Assembly (NCBI GenBank): GCA_040954595.2
Contig: CM082583.2
Location: forward strand, 4,827,374 to 4,891,373
Length of the DNA: 64,000 bases
Direction of reading: 5' to 3'
Source of the DNA: Balanoglossus misakiensis
Taxonomy: Eukaryota; Animalia; Hemichordata
In this document: one piece after another, positions 23,881 to 36,800 of the stretch
Layout of the letters: each line of letters begins with the position of its first letter
Position numbering within the stretch: position 1 is the first letter of the stretch
Position numbers and translations under genes: made by a program
Notes under the pieces: model-generated
The model's database searches: none
Seen by the model: the letters and a program-made list of their open reading frames with translations, nothing else
Told to the model about the DNA's origin: nothing

Positions 23881-26315
23881 CCTTACGATGACGTCAGGAA
23901 ATCTGCAAACGTATCGATGGACAGGTGGCACCGCGAGGAAGAACTCCGTCCTAAGATGGCTGAAACGATGAAGGTTAAACAATGACATCATCTATAATGC
24001 ATGGCAGTTTCCAAACACACTTTGAGCAACGATCGGAAATCCTATGCGAGAATCTCACACACCGAAGACCCGCGATAACTCGGGTTTCTGACACATGTTA
24101 TGGATATTTTGTCTCACGCACTCGCCCCTGGCTCACACGTGAGACAAGATATCCCCAACTGGTGTCCAAACTCTTGTCCAAAATCCTTTGGTGTGCCGTG
24201 AGATTCAATCTATCCTTGCATGCCTTGACCCAGAGTGCGGCATGGGGCATAGAGATATATTTCAGGGAACGAATTAAAATTCGAACACCCGCGCAAACAC
24301 CAGTGCACTTCATGCAAACACTGGCTGATTTTCACAATATGCTCACTGATGAAGATTATTCGGGTTGACCCCCCCCCCCCCATCAACAACAAGAAGTATT
24401 GCCAGCAGCCCGCATATCGGTCAGTTTAGACTGCTCGTTATAAAATCATCGAGGTTTGAGGAACATATCTAGGCACGCCTTTTTCTCAACAAGGCAGATC
24501 GCTGCGAACTTCCGCAGATTAACAGTGTGTAAAATTGTTGACGAAGTGATTCACAAACATGATCCCAGTATTGCCCACATATACAGTCCCGCAAACATGT
24601 TCCCGCTTACCGCTTATTAGATTCCTTCGCTTCAACTTGGCTTCGGGTCGCTCCCTAGACAACCTTCCTTCCGTACTGAAGTGGAAATAAAGGAGGAAAA
24701 AACCCGGCAAACTGTCTTGCCGAGAAAGTTTCAACTCGGTCGACTTCGTTCGAGCGCCCACCGCTTCTGCTGAAAATTCACAGACCAGGGAGACAAAATA
24801 CGCAATCTCGCGTGATTTCTCAAGTCTCGTGAACTAAATGTCAACGAACGGGCAGCAGGGTTTATCATGTTTGTATTTTTTATATTTTGCGTGCGGTCAC
24901 GAGGTTGGGTGTAGTATGAAAATTTAGCCTTTGCTGGTCTCAGTAGACTGAAGGGCGTTGCCGCACTGAATCTTTCAGTCTTGGATCTCAGCAGCCTCAT
25001 AAAAACCAAGAGACATCTCCGAAATTACGAGTGACGTAGCCAGTCTAAAATCTTTGACATGGTGGAACTCGAACTGTGCATGATGACTTAATAAACGTAC
25101 TGTTTGACCCCATAAAGCGATTGGAATTCCAAAACCTCGAATGGTCACGGTGACATCTGAAGTGAGGCCAAGGTTTATCGCTGTTTTGAATGTCACTGAG
25201 TTGAAAATGTCATGAAACCAAAGCTGGTATAAAATGTCTACCCCGGAGTATCCAATTACCCGATTGTATCATTTAGGGGTAACCCATTTGATGTTTGGGA
25301 GGGGGTGAAAGAAATGCAACTTGCAATTTCGACCCTATTGACAATTTATTTCCCAAGAGTAACTTTGAAACAATTTTTTGGTTTAGTTTATGCAAAGCGT
25401 TTTATACAGACACTTTCTTGCGCGTCCCCATGGTATTATATACATTTGCATCTTGGTGACCGTGTACCTTTAATGGTCGCTTTGCCTGAGTAGTGTTCTG
25501 TTTAGCCGGTTTAGTAGTTTGTGTATAAAGGACACATCACGACCAATCTACCTTTCTCACTGCGCTGCGCAAATTTCTCGCAAAATAGACAGTGCAGCTT
25601 CGAGTCGTCGTACAAAATATGCTAAATCCGTGGTTTCACATCCGTTAGGCCTAAAACAAAGATGTAGGCCTACTATTGCTAAACCCCCACTTTGTTCAGT
25701 GACCGGCTTTGCCATTTGTCGAATGTGTTTATCACAGGAGGTAGAAGAGGACTCCAGTACATTGGTGTGTTTGTAATAAAAATGGTGTGACGACACAATA
25801 TTTACAGGTTGTTTATTGCGTGAATCTTCGCGCCTACCCTCTGGCGGCCAAAGACCACGCGGTTTGAACATGTGCCACGATGTTGCATAAACACGGCATA
25901 CTTTTGATAGGTGGCGTTTTCGCACCGCCCAGTTTTTTGCTCTCTGATGTTCCCCCCCCCCCCTCTCAGACCCCACGATGTTCGATCACAGTCTAGTCAA
26001 CAAGACCCGTCTTAAATATCATCCTGTTGATGCACGCTATAAACACCAGTAGCGAGTTACACCGAGATAGAAAGGGGGGATTTCTGATGCGCGAGTCTTG
26101 TCTTTGTAGGACGGACAGTGCGGCTCTTAACAATCGTTGAAAGATATGAGATTAAACATATGTGCTCAACATGTTTTATAACGACCGAAGGAAATGAACT
26201 ACATAATTCGTCAATCGAAAACAAAACTGCGTCAAAAGGAAAACCGAGAAAAAAATATGTGGTGTGAACGTATAAAAGGGTCTCTGAAGTCAGTATCGGA
26301 TTACCCGTATAGTCG

Positions 26316-27488
26316 CTATCCTGTCTCTTCCATTTTGACGAAAGCGCTGGTCTCTGAATCTTTCTTACTTCGGTACCTCTTCCAGAGTGCAACGCCCAGG
26401 TTAAAGGCACCGCACAGCAAAACTCCCAAGAAAAGACACCCAACGCACGCACCAGCCAGTTCGATGCTGCTATAGACGGCCGGATTCCCCCTTTCGAGGA
26501 CTTCACCGTCGTCGATGTTGATTTCTCCGAAGTCCGTCGTGTTGTCGCACACGAAAGAAGAATCTGGCACTTGCCAGATGTTCTCGCCCTTCAGGCTTTC
26601 CGGGAAGGCGCAGTTGATGGCATCCTGGAGGTACCTGGGATGCCGAGGCCAGAATTCCTTCAGGAGGGAGACGCCGCAGTCGCACACCCACGGGTTGCCG
26701 CTCATGTAGACGTAACCGAAGGGTTCCATGGTGTGCCCGGCGTTGAGGAACTTGGCCAGTGACAGGGGCGCCTTCTTGAACCTGTTGTGTCGTATGTCCA
26801 GCGTGTGAAGTTCGACGTCGTCGGAGAAGACGCTCCCGTCGAGTTCTTCCAGTTGGTTGCTCGACACCGTCAAGCAGGCCAGGTGCGACATTGGTCTAAC
26901 GAAGGGGACGCGTGTCAAGTCGTTGAAATCCAGCACCAGGTAACTCAGGCCGGTTAGTTTGGCGAATGTCTCGGGTGCGAGCACGGTCAACTCGTTGTTC
27001 GAGAGGGATAGATAGAAGAGGTCGTCCAGGTGGGCGAAAGCGTCGGCGTGCACGCGTGAAATCGAGTTGTAATCCAGCGTGAGTGTGTAAAGCTGCCGGT
27101 ACTTGGAGAAAATTTTCCCGGGTAGATGAGTGATGCCATTGTGAGCGAGCTTCATGACGGTCACGTTGGACGTCCAGTCTTGGTGCACCTCGCCGAGGTC
27201 GAGACTCCGGCAGTCGATGAAGGTACCCTCGTGTATCATGGAGAGCGGGTCCGTGTGATTCCATTCTAAAATATGATACGAGTAGCTGTAATCGGTGTCG
27301 TTCGCGGCCGCGTCCAAGTCGGCCGAGCTGCCGTTCTGGCTCGAGTCCCAGTGCTGATACTTGTAGAACTCGTCGTAGCAGTTGCATCCGTGCACACAAT
27401 CAAAGTAAATGTAGTGCATCGTCCAGGTCCAACACAGTGGCACCAGCACCGCCGCGGTATAAAACAAGCTGACGAGACCGAAATTCAT
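26316..27488 (-). CDS. LRR type-I transmembrane protein, paralog 3, 390 aa
   Basis: Single ORF: signal peptide, CVHGCNC...IDCRSLDL, ~6 LRR, GNPWVCDC, TM, tail AFVKMEETG. Confidence 0.9.
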   Translation of the reverse strand: MNFGLVSLFYTAAVLVPLCWTWTMHYIYFDCVHGCNCYDEFYKYQHWDSSQNGSSADLDAAANDTDYSYSYHILEWNHTDPLSMIHEGTFIDCRSLDLGEVHQDWTSNVTVMKLAHNGITHLPGKIFSKYRQLYTLTLDYNSISRVHADAFAHLDDLFYLSLSNNELTVLAPETFAKLTGLSYLVLDFNDLTRVPFVRPMSHLACLTVSSNQLEELDGSVFSDDVELHTLDIRHNRFKKAPLSLAKFLNAGHTMEPFGYVYMSGNPWVCDCGVSLLKEFWPRHPRYLQDAINCAFPESLKGENIWQVPDSSFVCDNTTDFGEINIDDGEVLERGNPAVYSSIELAGACVGCLFLGVLLCGAFNLGVALWKRYRSKKDSETSAFVKMEETG

Positions 27489-29608
27489 CGTCCGGAGTGT
27501 GGGAAGTCCCGCGAGCCTTTAGTCCGAATACCTTGCAGACTGCCTTTCTGATCTACGACTGTTTGGGTTTAACGCCGCCGGTTCGCGTATAAACTGTACT
27601 CATAACAAAACCAGGGGCCTACGGGCAAACCAACCCAAACGAAAACATTTCACAGATAACTGCTTATTTTGATTCGTTGGCCAACATCATCTTCACTCTG
27701 TTCCCAACGTCTGTCGGAACACCATCACAGACCTTTAACTCGAAATGTCAAAACGCCAATTAGGCGAAGCATACGACGCAAGCACATACTTTAAAGTTAT
27801 TTTCGGTCGGGAAATAAAATCTTACGACTGAATTAATGTGCACCCCCTGATCCAATTCCCGGTCAGTACCAATTGCAGGTCAGTTCGCGTCCTCATTTGT
27901 TTCTCGCGATACTGACACGATACTTGAAACTCGAAATACTTCGTTGGTAGTCACATTGACAATCAGCCGAAGTTGAAGAGACGTGCGCGCACGAGTTGAT
28001 GCTGAAGCGATCATCTATTGACGAATTTGACGGCATCTATAATCGCTGCGTTATCATTCAGTGTTGTTTCAGGGCAGCTAGAAAAAGGTGCAGTTTTATA
28101 TTCGCGCTGTCAAAGCTGTTTTCGCTTTTTTCCTTTGAAAATTACTTTCAACGTTGGTCCCTCATTAACAGTAACATATATCAGGTTTTCAATTGGCACA
28201 ATTTTAGCGCGTCTTTCAGTTGCCGGTCATACCGGTATAACACACGATGCAAGGCTGGACCCGTTCGGGTTGTTTTTTGTCATTATTCACACTTTCCTTT
28301 TCAGCCATCCTAAAGCCATTTTATTTCTCATTCCCCTGTTAAAGTATATTTACATGATCAATAATAGGAACAGGAGAACATTCCCACTAATATAACTGTT
28401 AAACTGGTGTTGGAAAAATCGCTTTCTTGATTTAAAATTGTCAAGGCCTATGACCGGCGACTGGGCCAAGTGAACGCTTATTTGTCTATTTTTTTTACCA
28501 TTACTTTCGTTTGCTTGACCCAAAGTTGTGATTGTTAGTATTGCCCATCCTCTAGTGCTCAAAAAACACGGCTTCGTTCAGTTGTGTCGATTGCCGATAA
28601 AACCGCGACAGGCGTTTTCACGTCGGAAAGTGACCGGGAATTGGATCAGGGGGTGTCACCCTATGTGTTATTTATCTTCTAGATTATTTGCGGCATTCTG
28701 TTTATCTTTGGTCATCACAGTTAAATTTCCGAGAACTAATTAAAAAGAAACACCTCTTTGTTCCACATTGCCACAACATTTTTTGATGTGCAATACGGGC
28801 GTAGAACACTTGCAATTAAAGTTACGCTGAAAACGACAGACCGTGATACAAGCATGCGATGCTCTCAATCTTACCTAATACTAATAGAAAACATGATGTT
28901 GCAATCAGCAGACTTGGGGACCTTCACATGTGCGCGGAGTGTCATCAATCTCTCTGGAGTAAATAAGAAGCGATCAATGTTTTGACTGCAAACATAAACA
29001 CGAACCTAGAATGTTGTGCAGATATGTCTTGTTGATGATATACCAGACCACAGAGTAGGCCTATCGTCTTTTCAAGTTGGAGACAAAATACGCATCGACC
29101 ATCTGAGGCCGACGACCGAACCCCGGTACGGTGGTCATAAAAAGTAAAACAGACATATTACCTATTCATCATACATAAGGTTTCATATTTATTAATTGCA
29201 TATAATGTAATTGTTTGATTTTAATGCGGAATGGGTTCATGACACTGTTGACAATAAGAAAATCATGTGCGTCAATGTGTGTACATGTACATCGGAATAT
29301 TTTCGGAGCGCCACCAAGCGACCGAACGAGTGAATGGCAGCTGACAGCGGAACAAGCCATTGGCACGCGCAGGACGGACAACACAAAACGAGAATACTAC
29401 ATCACCATATCGTGGACTTCAGGTCCATTTGACAAAAATGCAATTTTTTTATGTGGAGGATAGAGAAATGTGTATTGTTCAAATTGAAAATGTAATGTTG
29501 AATTCAAATTTCCAAATCTTTCACTTGCCAAAATGTAAACAGTCATACCCCCCTCCGCAGTCTGTACATGGTATCGACCAGTCGACTCAGAACGAGGGCG
29601 CATCCAAG

Positions 29609-31582
29609 ATGTCGGTTCCGTACAAGCAAGATGGTCCACCGAGAGGTGGGTACGGACCCATCGATTATAAGAGACACTTACCCAGGAGAGGTGTTTCAGG
29701 TGAGTTGGCAGGTCCTATAGATCCAGAGGGTCGTGCTCGTCGAGTTACATTGAAATTACAAGCCTTGCTGCTGCGATAAAATTGAAGCATATTACGATGA
29801 CCTTGTCCAGGTCCAGTGACCTGCAAATGGTACTTTTATAAATATTGTCACGTCGGCGTCGATCTCCGTGAACGTTTTCGGTCATACCTGACCGAAATTG
29901 ATTTCTTTAAACTGGTAGACCCGGTTTTGGTTTGGGGATTTTCATTATCATAGATATACGACTACATAACGTAACGGACGATATAAAAGCACCACACACG
30001 TACGCGTACGTTTCCCTCTGCTTCTATACTACTGCAGTCCACAGTGGTTCGTTGTCAAGACTGTAGGATTAAGTTTTTTTTCAAGGCTAAGCGATGCATG
30101 AGAATGAATGATGCATCTATATGCAAGACATGCGAAATACTTACTGTAATGCTATACTGTGCATAAACTTCATTTTGGCATAAGGTAAAAAAGACCAGCA
30201 GTTTTTAACCTGATATTGTTAAAACATTGGGTTCTATGTACATGTGAATACACTTAGGATATACACGCCCCCCCCCCACGGGACAGGCACCGTGCAAGCT
30301 CTGCACCATCCCTGTGGTGCCAAATATATGACAATGCTGCCAGCGAGTAATAACAGACATTAATATTTTCCTCTTTATCACACCACTCAGGTTATTTTAT
30401 GTTTGCTGGTTGTGCAGCAGCCATGACTGTTGGATTCATTGGACTTTGTCTCAACAACAGACGCAGAAGGTGGGTAACTGAGACCCCAGCAGAATGTTGT
30501 TAGTTTGTCCAGAAAGTGCTGACTATATCATGCATATGGGATGACGGGTGGATAGGCCAGATACACGGGGTATTCCATTACCGGGGGTATATAACCTTTT
30601 CACCACTATGGTTCAGTCTAAACCCATTGTTTTCTATGGTAAGGTTGGACCTCTAAAGAGGGAACTGGGGGGGTGAAAGGGTTAATGATTATTTCGTGAG
30701 TTGAAAAAGAAACTGCAGTTGATGCTCAGAACAAGAGGAGTAGAAAAATAAGCACAAGTTTAGTTCCAGTTACATAGACCCCTAATTGTTCAGTATATTG
30801 TGGGTTTTTTCAACTGCAAATTTTATTTTCCTTCTCTGAATTCTCATCCGAACAGGAAGTGGGTGTTTGAAGACCAGGAATCCAAGCTCACTCTGATGCC
30901 GTTGTTGTTGGCAGAGGAAGACAGGCGGTAAGTGATACTGATCCACAGTCATCAGTCGGTCACCATGGCAACCTGCATGTTACAATTTACAGCCAGGTTA
31001 ATGCCAAAGAAAACTGACCAGAAAAGTCAAGCGCGCCACATTTTAACACTCAAATGAAACCATCAGGAATTAAACACTGTCTTGCTCAAGTCATGCAGCA
31101 TGGAAACTTCCCCCACAATTATCAAGTTGCTAGCTAGTCAGTGTCAAGTCCTTTAATTAAAGCCCAGTACAAGGACTGTGTGTGTTCCCTACAGTGTGCA
31201 GTAACTCTCCCAAGTGTATTCCTTTGAATATTGTGTGCAACGAATTCATTTGCAGTTCTGAAACTACAGGCACAGTTATCACACAGTCAACAGACTCTGT
31301 ACATGTATTTTTTTGAAAACGCACACAAAAGAGAACGCCCACGAAATGACATATTTTCCCCAAACACTCCTACGTGCTTCTCCCTCTTCCAGCCTTCTGA
31401 CGGAAATGAAGAAGTTGCGGGAGGAGGAAGCCGAGTTAATGAAGGACGTTCCCGGATGGGTTCCCGGCGAGAAAGTCTACCACTCAGACCGCTGGGTGTG
31501 GCCCTCGGAGAACGACTTCTACAACCTCCTGCCAGAGAGGGAGCGGTCAAAGAAAGTCCATGAATACTACTTGTATGTGTGA
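29609..31582 (+). CDS. NDUFA13: NADH dehydrogenase [ubiquinone] 1 alpha subcomplex subunit 13 (GRIM-19), 4 coding exons, 143 aa
   Basis: Exons 29609-29699, 30391-30469, 30856-30927, 31393-31582 (432 nt). [57 protein letters not shown]. Confidence 0.96.
30592..30685. mobile_element. ~90 bp piggyBac-like MITE (TTAA, CCCTT...AAGGG termini), copy in NDUFA13 intron 2
   Basis: Reverse-complement copy at 40916-41008 (shared ATGGTTCAGTCTAAACCCATTGTTTTCTATGG...AAGGTTGGACCTCTA); ends AAAGGG-TTAA. Confidence 0.7.
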
Positions 31583-33850
31583 TGTAATTATTTGCGAGAG
31601 ATTTTTTTAGGCGCTTTATGTCGTTTGCACAGATGTTCGTGTACAGTAGAGGAATCTTTTGTGTTTTTTTCAAATGCCATGCATAATGATAGAGTAGGCA
31701 AACTCCCAAGTTATAAACAAAAGACTATAGCCTGATTAATTAATTATACCCTGTAGTTCAGATTTCACTGGTGAAATAACGCAGCTGTAATAGCAAAACA
31801 TTTCTGAAATAAAGTTGCATCGCCTGATGATACCAGTGCTGATTACTGTCTCACTTGACAGTATTCCTGAACCATTCGACTTCCTGTCATGTATGGTTGC
31901 ACCGTTTTGGGACCATGTATTGTGTTGCTGTTTGTAATTTGGTCCGTATTTGAAATAAAACAGCTGGTGTGTTGATATATATGCAGTGACTGGCTTTATT
32001 TTGCATGTAGTTGGTATTTCAAGGGGTTGTGTTTGACTGTTGGGGGGGACACCTGGGAATAGTATCTTTCCTGCACACACATTGCAAGTTCCACACTGGT
32101 CTTTACCTGTCCCAAATCATGATTTGATGTTAATCTCGTTTATAAGTTGGTACAGTGGCTATTTCAGTCAATAAAAGGCGGCGCTGATTGGCTGCATATG
32201 CAAAACGAAAATGCAAGGGTGCGAAAACCGTGCAGGTGTGGTGCCAAGTGCATGTGTCTAAGAAGAGCGCCCTCAACCGTTCACTTTTCCAGTCATATGC
32301 ACAACACTGGTCAGGTATTCTGATGTGTGGCATGATGAGTGCTCAGGCAAGGCCATCACACAGTGAAAGCATTGCTTGCATAACCATGTAGATTACACCC
32401 TGCCCTGGAGTGTTACAAGTCTGTCAGCAAATGTTATACAGGCCTGTGTACAACACAGGTGAGTTACTGAGGCTGAAATTTCTGCCTGTATCTTCATACA
32501 ATGTTTGTGGACTGACTGGACACTGATTTGTGTCGGCTCTGAATCTTGCATGTTTGTACCCTCAGTGCTGATGTGTCATTGTTTTTAATTCCAGTATTTC
32601 AGCGCCTGTGACCACAGCAGTTGACACATTGCATGTACATCACACATTCATGATCAACTGGCTGTGCACGTGGCTACAGCTCTGAAATCTACCAAAGCCC
32701 TAAATCACGGCTCAGAGGAAGCCCTGGATGATGTCATAGGTCACCAGGGGTCAGAGTGCAAAGGTTTCAATGAGGGCGTGAGAAGAGCTTGATTCAGACA
32801 CTGCACTCTGCATGTGGATTTTCTGTGAAGCAAAATAACCTCTTAACACTCCGACCCCCTTTTTTTATTCTTCAATCATGCACCACATGTATCAACGAGG
32901 AAGAGCTAAAATAAATGAGAAAATCTGAAAATGACGAAAACATTATTTTATTTAGGAAGAAAGGCACACCAATTGGTTGTATAACTTGTATCACATTTTG
33001 CTGTAAAAAATTAGTAATATTTAGGTCAACACTTTATTTAATTAGCCTCGCAATTTGTCATGTGTTGTATTTGTCTGTCTCAAATCTTACTTCCCTGTCG
33101 TCTTGGAGAAATTGACTTCAGTAATATCGGACTGTAAAAAATATGCATCCAAACATTGTTTGTTATTGTGCAGCCGTTTGTCATGGTGCACTTTCATGCG
33201 TGAAATCCTAAAAAAGCAAAACGATTTTGACTTTTTTTTATTAAACACGTAATGTGAAAAGTGCCACAATTGAAGTTTGTAATCTGTACTTCCAGTTGTT
33301 GAAACTGTTGCTTCCGATTCGAAATTAACGGCAAACAAGGAATGTAAGAATCCAAAAACCCCTCCCTGAAAATGACATTCATTGAGAGAAAAATTAACTT
33401 GGCTAATACTGATCTCTGGCAATGATGTACGGACGGAATTTGGAGGTTTGGGTCAACAGCAGTGGGAATATTCTGTGTGGATGTAATAATGGGACGTTAT
33501 TCAAAACAAAACAAAACAAAACAAAATAGATCTGTCATTGAATGTCTGTGCACAACAAAACTCATTTACTACTGGGATAGTTGTGTTATGTTCGTTTTAT
33601 CTCTCATGTCATGGCTGCGTTTGATTCTGTTTATTTTTTTCTTTCACGGAAAGTTTTCATAATTTTTACAGCTATAACTGTACAGTGTGCTTATGGAACA
33701 GACGCTTTATAAAAAAAATGTTTAGTGTTACAACTATTGTTATTCATAGCTCACAAAAATATGTAGTTCACAATATATACACAATGTCTTGCAATCCCCG
33801 TCGTGGAGATACAAAGTCTAATATTCTAGGACTTCTTTCACTATTCACAG

Positions 33851-36800
33851 TTATTCTACCGATTCGCCAAAAGTTCCCAAAGGAACGGAGCTTTTCTGCA
33901 GTTTTCCTCTGTCGTAGTGGTACTTGTCGGTTGTCTTCGGTGTGTACGATGTCAAGTGCGTGGTCTCGAAGAAACGGTCGCCGTGCAGTGGTGGCGTGAG
34001 ATGCGACGCCCTCAACTGCAAAGAGAGACCAAAATTACATGAAAATGGATAAAGCTTGACCCGAAAAGTGAGTACAAAAGATAACAATCTTGATTTTTTC
34101 CTCACTAAAGATATAGTTTACGTAAAACTGAAAGCACCGGATTGCTTTTTCTGTCAACGCTTCAAAGGCAAGCATGGAAATAGCGAGACTAACTTACCGC
34201 ATCCTGTTCTTCTTTGGTTACGGACACTGGGGGCGCACTTCTGTGAACTGGGAAGTCCGTCCAAGTGGTAGACTGGTGGACTTCGCCCTCTGCATGCAAT
34301 GAAAGACAATTTTTGTGAGTGTGTCATTAGCACTGCATAATCGATCGGTTTAAGAATACAAAACAAAGAGACCATTGAAGGGACACGTCATAACATTTTC
34401 GCTTCTTGGTCTCAACTTCAGTGTTTGGGTATAAATGGCTATCCTCCCTTACAAATCCAATATGACAGAAAATCTTTTGGTCTTATAACACAGACAAATA
34501 GAAAAGAAGCTTCAATCCGTCACCATGGTGATAACTGTGTGACGTTGCAATACAAATAAATTTCACATAGAATGGTTTGCGTGTGTAAGACAGCAAAATC
34601 CATTCAAGCCATTACAGGTTTAAACCAAACAGAGAATGTTAAAGAATATTCAATTCCACGCGTACGTCCTGTATTACAATAGACATATAGTTTATAGAGA
34701 AAATGGATAGGTCGCAGTCAATAGAAAATTCAGGCAGTGGTGGTAGACGTGAAATCTAGACTCAAGTGTGTGTAAACATTACCTTGCCCCCTAGACTAAA
34801 CTAGGTAATTAATATTATCTGTACTAGGCTAAACCCACTGAACCTTACCATAGTAGTTCATCGGCACATTACTCCTGTAGTGGTGAGAAGTGGCACGTTC
34901 CAATGGAGCAGTGGTAGGGGGGAAAGCATCTTTCTCTGTGGTGCTGTAAAATGTGCCCGACAGTTTGGGTTCACCGAAGGTCACATTGCTGGCTGTCCGT
35001 TTATTTGCCCCCGACACGATAAAATGGCGGTAATCTCTTGGTGGCTGCAATAGAATACAATCAAAACAGTAAAGGCACAGCTCCAATTTACATATGCCCA
35101 TATATGGCTAAAATAGCGTATCTGAGTGTTCTAGAGAACATGTGATGGCGCTCTTTTTTTCTCGTTTGCCACCCACTGAAAATCTGTGATCAGCTAGATC
35201 TGAATTTGCCATGGTCACTATACTGAACTAAATTTGCATAGGTGACTGTGTACCTTTAAGTGAACGTTAAAAGTATTTATTATGTCTCTGTGCGTGTCTG
35301 TTGCATTTTTTATGATATTATGTAAAACCATTCGATATTGATATTGATAAGCAAACACTGCAAGTTGAGTAATTTTATTTCACGTACCCCAGTGAGATAG
35401 ACTTTGGAAGTAGTGGTACTAATACGTTGCAACACTCTCTCTGGATCAAGATCGCCCTCTGGGAAAGAGCTCACGCCCATGTTGGGCTTTTCTTCCAGTT
35501 CACAGCTTTCTCGGATTTTCGGGTCGTAGGATTTCTTCGCCGTGGTTTCGTACTTGTTGTACCTGTTCGCCGCCCCGAGTTTGAAGTTGGTGCCCTGCGT
35601 TCGGTGCTGCGCGTCGGTTTTGTCGTAGTGGAAATGGCCTGCCATGGAGTGTTGTGGGAAAGAGAGTCGTTGCGTTGTCTTGTGGTGGACTACCTTCTCC
35701 GTGTCACCTTGTGGAATACTGGATCCGGCCGTCTAAGAAAATAGCACGTGTAAAGCAAAGTGATATTATTGGAAAGTGAAAATAAGATACATTTTGTATG
35801 AGAGAAAATTACGCATTCTACTACTGAGATGAGAGCGGGCCCTGGGGAGAGGGGGAAGGGAGAGAGAGAGAGGGGGGTGAAGTACGTATTTTATTACATA
35901 AATTTACTTATACATATCGAAAGAGACGGGCAGACGGACTGACTGAGCCTTCATAACTACAAGTCCACACTTGTGATCGATTTAGTAATGAAATTGGAAC
36001 TCAAGACAGAAAACTAAACTTACATCTGGATGGATGAATTTCACCGGGAGATATTTTCCGTAGAATTCGTCTGAGCTCGATGTTGTAAATGTGTGAGTCC
36101 TACCATCGCCTTTAATTGTCGCTTCGCCACCTGTTGGCATTGAGAATGATGTAACGCGTATACCTCATATCATCATATCACAACATAGCATTGCAATAAA
36201 ATAGAATCGATATCGTCACAGAATATGCTAACTATTTTGCGTTTCTTACATTTAATAATTATAAACGTTTGCCTCAATTTCCTTGGGTACGATATTTTGC
36301 ATTTCTTTATCAAGTGACAAGTACAAGATGGTGAGCGAACAACAAGCGAACAAACCTGTATGCATGCACGGCGCCTTCTCCACGATCACCACGTTGGTGT
36401 CATGACCACGGTATTTGTCTCTGTAATCAGACACTGGGGCGGCCGCCTTCTCCCGATCACCGTCGGGGATATAGCTCCTCATCGGGGAATCCTTCGGCTG
36501 GGCCTTGGACATCGGCTTCCGATTGTAATACAGCGAGTGTGTAGTTCGGAAAGAGTCTATTCTCTTGTCGGCGTCCATTTTGTAGTTGGTTGTGGTCAGT
36601 GAGTTACACATCGGCACCCGGCCGTACCCCTTGTCGTGGAAGGAGGTGTGGGTCTCCGAGACGTCGTCCATGGTTTTGAACTGGTCGCGGTGCATCACTT
36701 CGGCCGGCGCCGGCGGCTCCGACGCGTCCGGCCGCCCGGCGTTGATCGGAGGCGGCAGGTAGTCCTTCTTGAACGTGCTCCGCCGGCGGGCGCTTTTCGC

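Noticed and set aside
19921-27488. Calling the LRR genes Toll-like receptors or true VLRs
   Set aside because: No TIR domain, no GPI-type stalk and no flanking partial LRR cassettes are visible, so there is no evidence for somatic assembly.
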